Positions 28,532 through 38,287 of a DNA stretch of 64,000 bases are shown here, piece after piece. How positions within the stretch are numbered: the stretch's first letter is position 1; every line of letters begins with the position of its first letter. The notes under the pieces were generated by a model. That model saw only the letters and a list, made by a program, of their open reading frames with translations, did not search any database and was not told the origin of the DNA. This DNA is from Marine Group II euryarchaeote MED-G37 (GTDB taxonomy: Archaea; Thermoplasmatota; Poseidoniia; Poseidoniales; Thalassarchaeaceae), in the NCBI GenBank assembly GCA_002457555.1, contig NTJQ01000004.1, positions 24,860 to 88,859 on the forward strand, in the 5' to 3' direction. A program made the position numbers and the translations under genes.

Positions 28532-29506
28532 ATGACTGCGGTGTTGGGCAGAGGCACCTGCGGGGGTCACGTCACACTACTTTTCACCGTCGATGACCGC
28601 GATGAAGACCCCATTAAGCAAGGTAGTCTAGGCGCAGGATTATGCCTATATGATGGATCAGAAGCCATTGCTAGAGGGGAATTGGGCGATTATAACCTCG
28701 AAGTTAAACTCCTAGATGGAAATGGCGATACAAAAATGTTCCAACAGGTGTTAGACCTGTTGAGTGAGGAAATTACCGCTATTTCAGACCATAGTTGGGA
28801 AATCGCAGTTCGAAACAAATTACCTTCCTCACAAGGATTTGGAATGTCGGCCGCCGGTGCAATCGCCGCCGCCGCTGCATTCCAAAGAGCCCTTGGATTA
28901 CCGCATGAGGAGAGTTTACGAAGATCGCTTGTGGTTGCTCACTTGGTTGAGAGAGGTAATTCGACCGGGCTCGGGGATGTTACCGCGTTAGCCGCTGGGG
29001 GTGTTGAGCGCAGATTGAATCCAGGATCGCCTTATTCGGGTCCTGATTTATTGAATGGTCCTGGTCAAGCCGAAGGTTGGAGTGAAACTATACCTTTGGT
29101 TTTGGCTTGGCGCGCCAATCCCGGGCGACATACATCAGAGTATATCGATGACGATGATTGGAAACAATCGATTACAGAGGCGGGAACAAAACAGATGGCC
29201 CACTTGTCGGATGGGACTTGGGATAAGTCAAGATGGGGTGAGCTTCTTGCCTCTGCAGAGGCATTTTCAAAACAATCTAGACTGAGTGATGATGCATCTC
29301 GATCAGCATTGGTAAAGGCGGGAGAAAATGCTACACTTAGAGCTGGTTTACACAAAGATACGTCTGTTTTATTGTGTATGTTAGGAGAAAGCATTGTCAT
29401 TGTTCCACGTAATATTTCGAAGGCTATTTCCCTTGAGAAATTATTGTCTGAATTGACAAAAGAAGGGTTGGATTCTACTCTAACACACATTGGAGCTGTA
29501 TCATGA
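28532..29506 (+). CDS. GHMP-family kinase, probable archaeal pantoate kinase (CoA biosynthesis, COG1829-like)
   Basis: 324 aa. N-terminal GGHVTLLF...GSLGAGLCL, the GHMP motif LPSSQGFGMSAAGAIAAAAA, and NSTGLGDVTALAAGGVERR. This layout is characteristic of pantoate kinases, but specificity cannot be proven by eye. Confidence 0.55.
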   Translation: MTAVLGRGTCGGHVTLLFTVDDRDEDPIKQGSLGAGLCLYDGSEAIARGELGDYNLEVKLLDGNGDTKMFQQVLDLLSEEITAISDHSWEIAVRNKLPSSQGFGMSAAGAIAAAAAFQRALGLPHEESLRRSLVVAHLVERGNSTGLGDVTALAAGGVERRLNPGSPYSGPDLLNGPGQAEGWSETIPLVLAWRANPGRHTSEYIDDDDWKQSITEAGTKQMAHLSDGTWDKSRWGELLASAEAFSKQSRLSDDASRSALVKAGENATLRAGLHKDTSVLLCMLGESIVIVPRNISKAISLEKLLSELTKEGLDSTLTHIGAVS

Positions 29507-30571
29507 ATGCGAGCCGCTAGATCTCTTTTCGTGGAACTCCTTAAGTGGAGTCAAATCTAAAGGGCTCGCGTCGAGTAAAATCGCTCCTCTTTGAACCAAA
29601 GAGCCAGTAAATCCGTGTCTATACACGATTGCTCCTTGGCCATACTCATTGACATATCTATCAACTTGTTTCTGAGTCTTCTTTCTTGGGAATCTTAGGT
29701 CAGCCCCGTAGAAATGCTTTGCGTCAATCCAAGCGCAAGGGACTCCATTGATTCGTACGTCATCAAGGAACAGAAGGTCAGGAGTAACAACCGCTCGGCC
29801 TTCTGATTCTTTCTGCTCACGAAGTAAATCTTCTTGTCTTCGAAAACGTATTCCTAGGAAATCAAAGTATTCACATAAAATATCCTCGAAAACCTCAGCG
29901 GCCGTCTGAGTATCTGATTGATTGACAGAACTTACCTTGTCGGCTTCTTCTGCTTTAGAGAACTCCTCTTGGTCTCGATCGTTCATTCTCTTTGGATTTT
30001 TCAGTGTCTCTTTAATTCGGTTCTTTGACCATCCACGACCGGTTAATATTGCTCTGAATGTATTGACGGGGGGCGCATCAAATCGTTGAGAAAGAGTTAG
30101 TACGCCTTCGCCATTATCGTATCGTCTTCGTAATTGGTTTGCATTTCGCATCAGACGTCCGTGTGAATGTACACTTTTTTCTTGATTTAATGCACCGCGA
30201 AGCGAAAGGGCTTGTTCAATGGTTATTGGGAGATTGTCTATTTGACCTCTTATTTCGTCGACTCTTTCTTCAGGGAGGAAGCCAAATTCACCGGGTTTAC
30301 AGACGATGTCACCTACTTTCTTTTGGATATTTTTGGGAACCGCATTAGGTTGCCATTTCAATTGTTTTTCTCTTGGAGCAGGATCTATTGTTTCCGGTAT
30401 ACCCATGGGAGGTGGTGACTGATCAAAGCGAGCTAGAGCACGCTCAACAGCATTGGAATCTCCCTGTGACCATGGCCTTGAATCTGCAGCTTTGGTCGGT
30501 TTTCTTCGAGGCCTACGCCTTCTGCGTCCGCCGCCGCCTTCCTTTTTCTCGCTCAACGGGTCTTGCGACAT
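29501..30571 (-). CDS. Protein with Arg-rich disordered N-terminus and C-terminal PD-(D/E)XK nuclease-like core (CDIN1/C15orf41-like by motif)
   Basis: 356 aa. N-terminus KKEGGGGRRRRRPRRKPTK. The C-terminus VVTPDLLFLDDVRINGVPCAWIDAKHFYGA provides a D ... D-A-K arrangement typical of the restriction-endonuclease fold. Confidence 0.55.
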   Translation of the reverse strand: MSQDPLSEKKEGGGGRRRRRPRRKPTKAADSRPWSQGDSNAVERALARFDQSPPPMGIPETIDPAPREKQLKWQPNAVPKNIQKKVGDIVCKPGEFGFLPEERVDEIRGQIDNLPITIEQALSLRGALNQEKSVHSHGRLMRNANQLRRRYDNGEGVLTLSQRFDAPPVNTFRAILTGRGWSKNRIKETLKNPKRMNDRDQEEFSKAEEADKVSSVNQSDTQTAAEVFEDILCEYFDFLGIRFRRQEDLLREQKESEGRAVVTPDLLFLDDVRINGVPCAWIDAKHFYGADLRFPRKKTQKQVDRYVNEYGQGAIVYRHGFTGSLVQRGAILLDASPLDLTPLKEFHEKRSSGSHS

Positions 30572-30616
30572 GACGGCCGTCCATGAACCCTCGCGCCGAA
30601 GATGGCGGCTTTTCTA

Positions 30617-30982
30617 TCACGAATTACTCGGAGTTCTCTTTCGATTACGGGCATATAGGTCGTAAGCAAAATTACGCATTGGGCTTGGAATAAACCAAAT
30701 TATCGCCCCAAAATTATAGGGGAAACCAAGACCAAGAAGGATGCGTATTACCGCTGTAGATTGAGCATACCATTTCCCAGATTCATCGATTAGAAACACT
30801 GAGTCAAGTTCACTCATCTTTGCCGGACGATTGCTTAGGACTTCTTCTCCCTCAGTAGTCTCTTGCGCCACAACCGAGAATTGATTTGATGAATCTCGCT
30901 TGTTGATGAAAGCCGCCCAACCAGTACAAACTGGGCAAAAACCATCGATGAGAACGGTGTACTGAGAGCCCATCGCCACCAC
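30617..30982 (-). CDS. Thiol-disulfide oxidoreductase, DCC family (DUF393)
   Basis: 121 aa. LIDGFCPVCTGWAAFINKRD carries the DGxCxxC signature. Confidence 0.8.
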   Translation of the reverse strand: MVAMGSQYTVLIDGFCPVCTGWAAFINKRDSSNQFSVVAQETTEGEEVLSNRPAKMSELDSVFLIDESGKWYAQSTAVIRILLGLGFPYNFGAIIWFIPSPMRNFAYDLYARNRKRTPSNS

Positions 30983-30984
30983 TC

Positions 30985-33858
30985 TCAGACAAAAGCAATA
31001 CCTGGCTCCAATGGGAAGGCAAAGCGGGCCTTGCCTCCAATATCTTCACCTTCTCCAACTGGATATGCAATAACTGATTTTACTCCTAAAGCAGTTGCGA
31101 TAAAATCCCCAGCCGAATTGATAACCTCGCTTTCATCGATACCACTCAATACCAATTGTTTCTCACCCTCAGCCCAAGTGTGTATTCTACCACGTTTCTT
31201 CTTCGACCCCATGGTCAAGGTCATCCAGGTTTGGAATATTTCTCCTCTCAAAGACTCATTCTCAAAAATCGCCATTGACTTTAGATGATTTTGACCACTA
31301 ACTTTGAAATCAAAATCTTCGTTTGACAGTTTTACCGCTTCACGAGATAACTCAACTTTCCAAGCAGGTGCGGTCTGGATTACGACTCCGGAAATTTCTG
31401 TATCTGAATGACGTTCTGCTAGTCCCCTTAGATTGCGTGCTGATTCAATGACTTCACGTAGGTAAGATTCTCTAGCAAGAATACTAGCATCAGTTCCCTC
31501 ACCCGAGTAGAGTTCCATCTCATGTGTGGCCAACATATCTGGTGCTTCGCCCTGCGAAAGGACTGACCAAAATTCTTCAGCAATATGAGGAGTAGCTGGT
31601 GCTAACATCGGCGCCCATCCACAAAGGAATTGCCGCGCAGTGTCTCTATCTGAACCGCCTCTTCGCAGATACCATTGCCAATCTGCTAGCATCTCAAAAT
31701 GGCTCGCCATGACTCCTTCTCGAAGGCTTACAGCATCCATACATTCTCGCCAACGATTCTGATTTATTCTGAGGCGAGCCATTAGCCAAGAATCCATCGG
31801 ACCGGGTGAATCTGAGAGTGAAATTCCGTGATTAAAGGCGTCGACTATTGCACAAACTTGCTTGTGATTTGCAATTACTGCATTGTCGGACCAATCCATT
31901 CCAGCCTCAGGGTTTGCACCGAAGAGAATGAACAGACGTACGGTGTCAGCGCCAAATCGGTCTACCATCTCTCCCGGGCTAACTGTATTACCAAGACTCT
32001 TGCTCATCTTGGCGGAACGTGAGCCTAATCCTTGTCCACAATTGGGGCAATCTCCTCCGAAATTATCTATGTGATACTCTGTATTACAATCTACACAAAA
32101 TGGCGCGGGAGCGTTTAACATTCCCTGACAAACCAATCGCCCGAATGGCTCCCCGACCTCATTCATACCTAAATCACGAGTAGCTTTAGTGAAGAATCGA
32201 GCATACAGAAGATGCATGACGGCGTGTTCAATACCGCCAATGTACAAATCAACTCCTCCATTCATCCAGTAATCTACTGCTTCACGATCGAATGGGGCTG
32301 AGTCATTTGATGAATCTACGAATCTCATAAAGTACCAAGATGAATCATAGAATGTGTCCATTGTATCGGTCTCTCGGCGTGCAGGACCGTTGCACTGCGG
32401 ACAAGTTGTAGTAAGGAAGGATTCACTGCGAGCCAGTGGATTACCACTCTCTTCCCAACTAAATGTCACATCCAATGGCAACTCCACAGGTAGTTGTTCG
32501 TAGGGAACAGGGACTACTCCACAAGAGTCACAATGTAGCATAGGAATTGGCGTACCCCAAAAGCGCTGTCGACTTAGTAGCCAATCTTTCAATCGATATT
32601 CTGTAGAACCGTGGCCCGCTTCTCTTTCTCCCAAGGCAGAGATTATCGCAGTCTTTGCATCATCCCCGAATAGGCCGTCAAATCCTTCTATGGTCGAGTT
32701 GACCATCCATCCTAATCCATCGAATACAGGATTCTCCTCAACTCCCTCGCCACCCTCATTCCTTGATAGAACAGGTTTGATTTCAAGTCCGTATTTCTTG
32801 GCGAATTCGTAATCTCGCTGATCGTGTCCTGGGACCGCCATCACAGCACCGGTTCCATAGCTGGCAACAACAAAATTACCAGCAAAAATTGGCACTTCTT
32901 CTCCAGTGATTGGATTAGTTGCAAATCTACCAAGAGGGACTCCTTTCTTTTCTTTCAGCATATTGATTCGCTCAAATTCAGTCATTCGTGCGCATTCCTC
33001 TGCCAAATCTCTCCAAGCCTGTTCGTATTCGGTTCCGCTTACTAGTGGCTCACAAAGGGGATGTTCGGGAGATAGAGTAACGAAAGTGACTCCGAAAATT
33101 GTATCTGGGCGGGTTGTAAATGCACCAATGCTAGCAGATTCACCATTGACATCTCCGACCACAGGGAATTCTATGTGGGCACCATGTGAACGGCCAATCC
33201 AGTTTCGCTGCATTGCTTTAACGTTCTCTGGAAATTCGATGTGGTCTAATTCATCCAATAATTCGTCAGCATACCTTGTCATGCGCAAGAACCACTGCGC
33301 CATATCCTTCTGAACTACCTCGAGACCACAACGCCAACAACGATTATTCTTGACTTGCTCATTTGCAAGTACTGTGTCACAATCATCACACCAATTGACT
33401 GGTGCGAATCTCCTTTCAACCAAACCTGCTTCGTTGAATCGAAGGAACAATTCTTGATTCCAACGATAATATTCCGGTGTGGAAGTTGCAAACATTCGCC
33501 TCCAATCGTATGAATACCCCATTCTCTCCTGATCGGCTCTAATCATCTCGATATTTCTCTCAGTGACACTGTGAGGGTGACCTCCTTCTTTCTTGGCAGC
33601 GTTCTCAGCTGGCATTCCAAATGAGTCGTATCCCATCGGATAGAGAACATTCTTTCCCATTAAGCGCTGGAAACGAGCCATGGCATCGCCAATAGAGTAA
33701 TTTCTTACGTGACCCATGTGCATGTATCCAGATGGATATGGAAACATCTCGAGGCAGTAGAATTTCTCACGAGAATCGTCTACTTCTGCATCGAATACGC
33801 GGGCGTCACGCCAGCGAGCCTGCCAGCGCGTCTCAATTTCCGCCGAATCGTATACCAT
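30985..33858 (-). CDS. leuS: Leucyl-tRNA synthetase (archaeal/eukaryal type)
   Basis: 957 aa. HIGH-type motif PYPSGYMHMGHVRNY, KMSKS motif AKMSKSLGN, zinc-binding CWRC and CDDC clusters, and a long archaeal-type C-terminal domain. Confidence 0.95.
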   Translation of the reverse strand: MVYDSAEIETRWQARWRDARVFDAEVDDSREKFYCLEMFPYPSGYMHMGHVRNYSIGDAMARFQRLMGKNVLYPMGYDSFGMPAENAAKKEGGHPHSVTERNIEMIRADQERMGYSYDWRRMFATSTPEYYRWNQELFLRFNEAGLVERRFAPVNWCDDCDTVLANEQVKNNRCWRCGLEVVQKDMAQWFLRMTRYADELLDELDHIEFPENVKAMQRNWIGRSHGAHIEFPVVGDVNGESASIGAFTTRPDTIFGVTFVTLSPEHPLCEPLVSGTEYEQAWRDLAEECARMTEFERINMLKEKKGVPLGRFATNPITGEEVPIFAGNFVVASYGTGAVMAVPGHDQRDYEFAKKYGLEIKPVLSRNEGGEGVEENPVFDGLGWMVNSTIEGFDGLFGDDAKTAIISALGEREAGHGSTEYRLKDWLLSRQRFWGTPIPMLHCDSCGVVPVPYEQLPVELPLDVTFSWEESGNPLARSESFLTTTCPQCNGPARRETDTMDTFYDSSWYFMRFVDSSNDSAPFDREAVDYWMNGGVDLYIGGIEHAVMHLLYARFFTKATRDLGMNEVGEPFGRLVCQGMLNAPAPFCVDCNTEYHIDNFGGDCPNCGQGLGSRSAKMSKSLGNTVSPGEMVDRFGADTVRLFILFGANPEAGMDWSDNAVIANHKQVCAIVDAFNHGISLSDSPGPMDSWLMARLRINQNRWRECMDAVSLREGVMASHFEMLADWQWYLRRGGSDRDTARQFLCGWAPMLAPATPHIAEEFWSVLSQGEAPDMLATHEMELYSGEGTDASILARESYLREVIESARNLRGLAERHSDTEISGVVIQTAPAWKVELSREAVKLSNEDFDFKVSGQNHLKSMAIFENESLRGEIFQTWMTLTMGSKKKRGRIHTWAEGEKQLVLSGIDESEVINSAGDFIATALGVKSVIAYPVGEGEDIGGKARFAFPLEPGIAFV

Positions 33859-33878
33859 TTCTTCACCTCATTCGAAAT

Positions 33879-33898
33879 GGGAGTCCTTTCAGACTCCC
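33879..33898. promoter_or_regulatory. Perfect 7-bp stem hairpin (GGGAGTC-CTTTCA-GACTCCC) 21 nt upstream of the leuS start codon
   Basis: Read directly. It lies in the divergent leuS / MBL-hydrolase intergenic region. Confidence 0.3.
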
Positions 33899-33941
33899 AA
33901 GCTAAGCAGCAGGTCGAGCGAGTAGCCCGCCGCGAAGTTAG

Positions 33942-34820
33942 GTGAAGCAGGCATTCGTGCCATACTTGGCCGTTGGGCCTTCTCTCTTTCAATCATTGGA
34001 TAGAGAATACAAGTTTGACGTCGAACAATCGCCATTGCTATTCCTCAGAAGCCTCTCGGGGCTATTGATGCTAGACGATGGCGAGTTCGATATTCGCACT
34101 GATGATGCAGGAATCGAGGTTTGGGTCACCCAAATGGGTGATTTCATGAATATGAATACAGCATGGATTGACCGAAAAAATGGAATCGTTGCAATTACCG
34201 ACCCATTCGATTCGCAGCGTTGGGTCGAAGCACTTGCAAATGAGGGATTGCGCCCCACTCACATACTCTATACACATACCCACAGAGATCATACTGCGGG
34301 GTATGCCAAAATGATGGAATTAGTTCCAGACATCGAGGTCTGGGGGCATCATGATTCCATTCACAAATCGCTACTCGGACGTTTCGTCTTCGGGAACGTT
34401 TCTTTGACTAATGAGTGGAATCATCATCCTAACTCCAGCGTTGAATGGTCAGAAGGAGAAATTACCCTCAGTGTCACACACTCTCCAGGTCATGCACCGG
34501 GGCACTGCACATTCCATGGACACGGAATCTACCACGCGGGGGATCTACTATTCACAGCCGCCTCAGGTCGAGTGGATCTTCCAGGCTCCGACCCAACTGC
34601 GCAGTGGTGGTCTGTATTATTCGCGCGAGGGATACTCAGAGAACTTCCGATGGATTGGAGATTAATTCCTGGCCATCGATATGACTGGATTGACGGTTCT
34701 ACTCCTGATTGGGTATCGGTCGCCGAAGCATTAGCACACAATTATGCGTTGAACGCAAGAGAGTTAGAAGTCTTCGAAAACTTACCATTTCAAAGGTTCG
34801 ATGACGATATCGCAGCTTAA
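33942..34820 (+). CDS. MBL-fold metallo-hydrolase (glyoxalase II-like)
   Basis: HTHRDHTAG (HxHxDH), a downstream SPGHAPGHC and a HAGDLLF motif. 33942 (GTG) is the longest ORF start, and the in-frame ATG at 34068 is an equally plausible start. Confidence 0.78.
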   Translation: MKQAFVPYLAVGPSLFQSLDREYKFDVEQSPLLFLRSLSGLLMLDDGEFDIRTDDAGIEVWVTQMGDFMNMNTAWIDRKNGIVAITDPFDSQRWVEALANEGLRPTHILYTHTHRDHTAGYAKMMELVPDIEVWGHHDSIHKSLLGRFVFGNVSLTNEWNHHPNSSVEWSEGEITLSVTHSPGHAPGHCTFHGHGIYHAGDLLFTAASGRVDLPGSDPTAQWWSVLFARGILRELPMDWRLIPGHRYDWIDGSTPDWVSVAEALAHNYALNARELEVFENLPFQRFDDDIAA

Positions 34821-34927
34821 ATTCTATTTGCGGCGAGAAATTCGCTTCAGAAAACTAAGGATTGCACCAACCTTTCCCAAGAACTTGAATCCAGTCCAAA
34901 TTGCACGTATTGGATTGGCCATTATGC

Positions 34928-37582
34928 TCACTCCGTCTTATCGTATCTCTCACTTGAAATACCTAATTTTTTGGCCGCCTTCTTAGTAGTTCCAGCATCT
35001 AGAGAGCCGTCCTGCTCTAAGGCAGACAGAGAGGCTACTACAATGCTAGCAGTATCGATTTCGAAGAATCTGCGCAGTGATTCGCGAGTATCTGAACGAC
35101 CGTAGCCATCTGTTCCAAGGACAACGAATCGACCTCCTACCCAGCGTTGAATCATCTCTGGTACTGCCGTGATATAATCGGAAGCCGCTACGGTTGTTAC
35201 GTCATCGCCAAAACACTCGGAAACAAAGGCGAATTGAGGGTTTTCAGGGTCAAATCGAGTTGCTCTCTCTGCTGCGAGTCCGGCCCTCCGCAACTCACCA
35301 TAGGAAGGTACTGACCATATCTCTGACCTTACTCCATATTCTAGCAAAAGTTCTGCTGCCTCTCGGACGTGAGAAAGTATTGGCCCTGACCCAAGCAAAC
35401 GAATTACAGGACCCTCTCCATCAATAGCCTCACTGTAGAGATAAGCTCCACGGACTAAGTCAGCATCGATTCCCTTTGGTTTAGGTGGCTGTTGTTCATT
35501 TTGATTATAGAGCATTATGTAATGGAAAATATCTTTGTTCTGACCCCACATTTCATCGATACCGTGCTCGATTATTGTTGCCAGCTCATATGCATATGCA
35601 GGATCCCAAGCACGGCAGGATGGTACGGTGCTAGCGTGTAATAGTGAATGCCCATCCTGATGTTGTAGGCCTTCTCCATTAAGTGTGGTTCGACCAGCTG
35701 TTGCACCCATCAGGAAGCCGCGTGCTCGAGCATCAGCCGCCGCCCAAATCTGGTCGTTGACGCGCTGGAATCCAAACATCGAGTAGAACACGTAGAACGG
35801 AAGAGTAGGACTTGCGGCGTGGGCGTAAGATGTTGCACTGGCTATCCAAGATGCGATGGAGTTGGCTTCTGAAATACCCTCTTCGAGAATTTGGCCGCTT
35901 GTTGATTCCTTGTAATTCATCAACATCTTATGGTCGACTGGAGTGTATAGTTGACCAAATGAAGAGTAAATTCCGAACTCGCTGAAAAGCGGATCCATAC
36001 CGAATGTCCTTCCTTCATCTGGAATAATCGGGACTAATTTCTCACCAATTTCCGACTTCATTAGATTTCTCAAAAGCCGCACGAATACCATGGTGGTAGA
36101 GACTTCTTGTCCTTCTGGAGTCCCATTATCGAAGGCAGCATAGGTTTCGTTGCCAGGTAGGTCTTCTTCGATAGTTGGCGAAAGCCGACTCGGAAGATAT
36201 CCCCCCAATGCTTTTCTTCTTTGATGGAGATATGCGAGTGCATCACTCTCCTCTTCAAACTCATGGAAGGGGTCATTCTCTAGGTTCTCATCGGCTACTG
36301 TTATTCCTAGGTGATATCTGTATTGTTTGATGTCTTCAAGACTCATTTTCTTCTTCTGATGAGTGGTATTTCTAGCCTCGAAGGAATCGATACCCCAACC
36401 TTTCACGGTATGGGCTAAAATTACTGCAGGTTTGTCGGACTGTTTGGCCGCATGGTAGGCAGACCAGACCTTGATTGGATCATGTCCGCCCCTTCGCAAT
36501 AAGCCGATTTCTTGGTCGGAAATTTTTTGTCCCATTTCAACTAATGCCGGATTTCCTGCGAATAATTCGTTACGGAAGTCCGCTGGTTCAAGGGTGCTCA
36601 TTCGTTGGAAATCCCCATCGGTTATTTCCTCAAGGCGAGCGAGTAAAATTCCGTCTCGATCTTGTGAAAAGAGTCGATCCCAATTAGAATCCCAGAGCAC
36701 CTTGAATACATCCCATCCAGCTCCTCTGTAGAGGCCTTCCAACTCTTGAACTATCTTGGAGTTACCACGGACAGGCCCATCCAAACGTTGTAGATTACAG
36801 TTTACGATTGTGATTAGATTGTCCAGCTTTTCCCTACCTGCAACAGCGATTGCGGCGATGGATTCCGGCTCATCCATCTCACCATCGCCGAGGAAAGCAA
36901 ACACCGTTGATTCTGATGTGTCAGCCAAGCCTCGGTTGTGAAGGTATTTCCAAAATCGAGCATGCATCACAGCCGCTAGAGGACCTAGCCCCATTGAGAC
37001 TGTTGGGTACTCCCAGAAATCAGCCATCAATCGAGGGTGTGGATAGGAAGAAAGGCCATCGGCAAATGCTTCTTGACGAAAGTTGGCCAGTTGTTCTCGA
37101 CTAAGTCTTCCTTCTAGGAAGGCTCTAGCATAAATCCCTGGACTCCCGTGACCTTGGATGTACAGAGCATCTCCAATCCCATTGCTGTCCTTACCACGGA
37201 ATACATGGTTGAATCCTACTTCGTAAAGCGTTGAAGAGGAGGCATAAGTGGAGATGTGTCCACCGAGTCCATCGGTTTTACGATTCGCATCTGAGACCAT
37301 AAGTGCGGAGTTCCAAAGAATTGAATTCTGGATTTCTCGCTCCGTTTCAAGATTACCCGGATATGGTGGTTGTTGGTCCCAAGAGATGGTATTGACGTAG
37401 GGGGTTTTGGCAATTGGAGCAATCTCCACATCTAGATCTTCGGACTCTGCCATCAATTCGTGTAATAGCAGACGTGCTCGCTCAACGCCATGAGCTTCGA
37501 CTACCGAACGTAGGGCTTCGAGCCACTCATCGGTTTCCTCTGGGTCGATGTCCGGAAGTCGTTGTCTGGGATTGATTGACAT
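34928..37582 (-). CDS. aceE: Pyruvate dehydrogenase E1 component, homodimeric (AceE) type
   Basis: MSINPRQRLPDIDPEETDEWLEALRSVVEAHGVERARLLLHEL aligns with the canonical AceE N-terminus, so the start is placed at ATG 37582 rather than 37687, which would overlap the GNAT gene. ThDP motif GDGEMDEPES, and about 885 aa overall. Confidence 0.88.
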   Translation of the reverse strand: MSINPRQRLPDIDPEETDEWLEALRSVVEAHGVERARLLLHELMAESEDLDVEIAPIAKTPYVNTISWDQQPPYPGNLETEREIQNSILWNSALMVSDANRKTDGLGGHISTYASSSTLYEVGFNHVFRGKDSNGIGDALYIQGHGSPGIYARAFLEGRLSREQLANFRQEAFADGLSSYPHPRLMADFWEYPTVSMGLGPLAAVMHARFWKYLHNRGLADTSESTVFAFLGDGEMDEPESIAAIAVAGREKLDNLITIVNCNLQRLDGPVRGNSKIVQELEGLYRGAGWDVFKVLWDSNWDRLFSQDRDGILLARLEEITDGDFQRMSTLEPADFRNELFAGNPALVEMGQKISDQEIGLLRRGGHDPIKVWSAYHAAKQSDKPAVILAHTVKGWGIDSFEARNTTHQKKKMSLEDIKQYRYHLGITVADENLENDPFHEFEEESDALAYLHQRRKALGGYLPSRLSPTIEEDLPGNETYAAFDNGTPEGQEVSTTMVFVRLLRNLMKSEIGEKLVPIIPDEGRTFGMDPLFSEFGIYSSFGQLYTPVDHKMLMNYKESTSGQILEEGISEANSIASWIASATSYAHAASPTLPFYVFYSMFGFQRVNDQIWAAADARARGFLMGATAGRTTLNGEGLQHQDGHSLLHASTVPSCRAWDPAYAYELATIIEHGIDEMWGQNKDIFHYIMLYNQNEQQPPKPKGIDADLVRGAYLYSEAIDGEGPVIRLLGSGPILSHVREAAELLLEYGVRSEIWSVPSYGELRRAGLAAERATRFDPENPQFAFVSECFGDDVTTVAASDYITAVPEMIQRWVGGRFVVLGTDGYGRSDTRESLRRFFEIDTASIVVASLSALEQDGSLDAGTTKKAAKKLGISSERYDKTE

Positions 37583-37670
37583 CGCTAACACCTGCCCTAC
37601 GGGCAGACTTGCGAACATACCGACCGATTTGAATGGTCGCGTTGAAGGCCGGTCCTCTAAGAGGACCGGA

Positions 37671-38240
37671 TTAGGGTCTAATTTCAATGAGGTGGCATTC
37701 GTGTATAGTACGGACTCCAGCGACGGTGATAGCCGAATCTCCGGCTACACAGCGACTACCCCTCCAACGCCTAACCGTTCTTTCTACAGTCCTTTTTCCC
37801 GCTGCATTATTCGGATCGACTTTTAGCTCAACAGATACCGGCTCTAATTCAGATAGCCAAGACAAAGCCGCCTCAATGGCACGGCTGGCAATGCCTCGCC
37901 TTTGTTCCGAAGATCGTACCCAATATCCAAGGTTCCATTCAGCAATTCCTGAACGTGTAACCCTGTCAAATCCTAAAAGCCCGAGTACCGCCTCATCCCA
38001 AGGTCGAATAAGTACCCAATGGTGCATTCTACCTACTCTTCCAGTCCGTTCAGTTTCATCAAGAAAATCGGCCAACTGTGGCTCAATATCCTTCTCTGGA
38101 AGAATCCAAGGCATGGCTCTGCTAACCTCAGGCCAAGTTTCCTCGAATGCCTCCAATAGGTTGTTCGTGTGAGTTGTATTTGCAGGTCGCATAATTAGCC
38201 CGTCGTCGACTTGGATTGTCGTCGTCGCGCGCCGCTGCAT
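37671..38240 (-). CDS. GNAT family N-acetyltransferase (RimJ/RimL-like)
   Basis: 189 aa. Acetyl-CoA-binding segment RRGIASRAIEAALSWL, and WNLGYWV, which is typical of the RimJ/L subgroup. Confidence 0.78.
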   Translation of the reverse strand: MQRRATTTIQVDDGLIMRPANTTHTNNLLEAFEETWPEVSRAMPWILPEKDIEPQLADFLDETERTGRVGRMHHWVLIRPWDEAVLGLLGFDRVTRSGIAEWNLGYWVRSSEQRRGIASRAIEAALSWLSELEPVSVELKVDPNNAAGKRTVERTVRRWRGSRCVAGDSAITVAGVRTIHECHLIEIRP

Positions 38241-38287
38241 GTTATTGCCTAAGAGTACTGAACGAATGAGGGCTACGGCGCGGTGAA

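Noticed and set aside
37583-37687. Longer AceE start at 37687 (MKLDPNPV...)
   Set aside because: It would overlap the GNAT gene end (37671). It would also add 35 residues ahead of a sequence (MSINPRQRLPDIDPEETDEW) that already aligns with the canonical AceE N-terminus.
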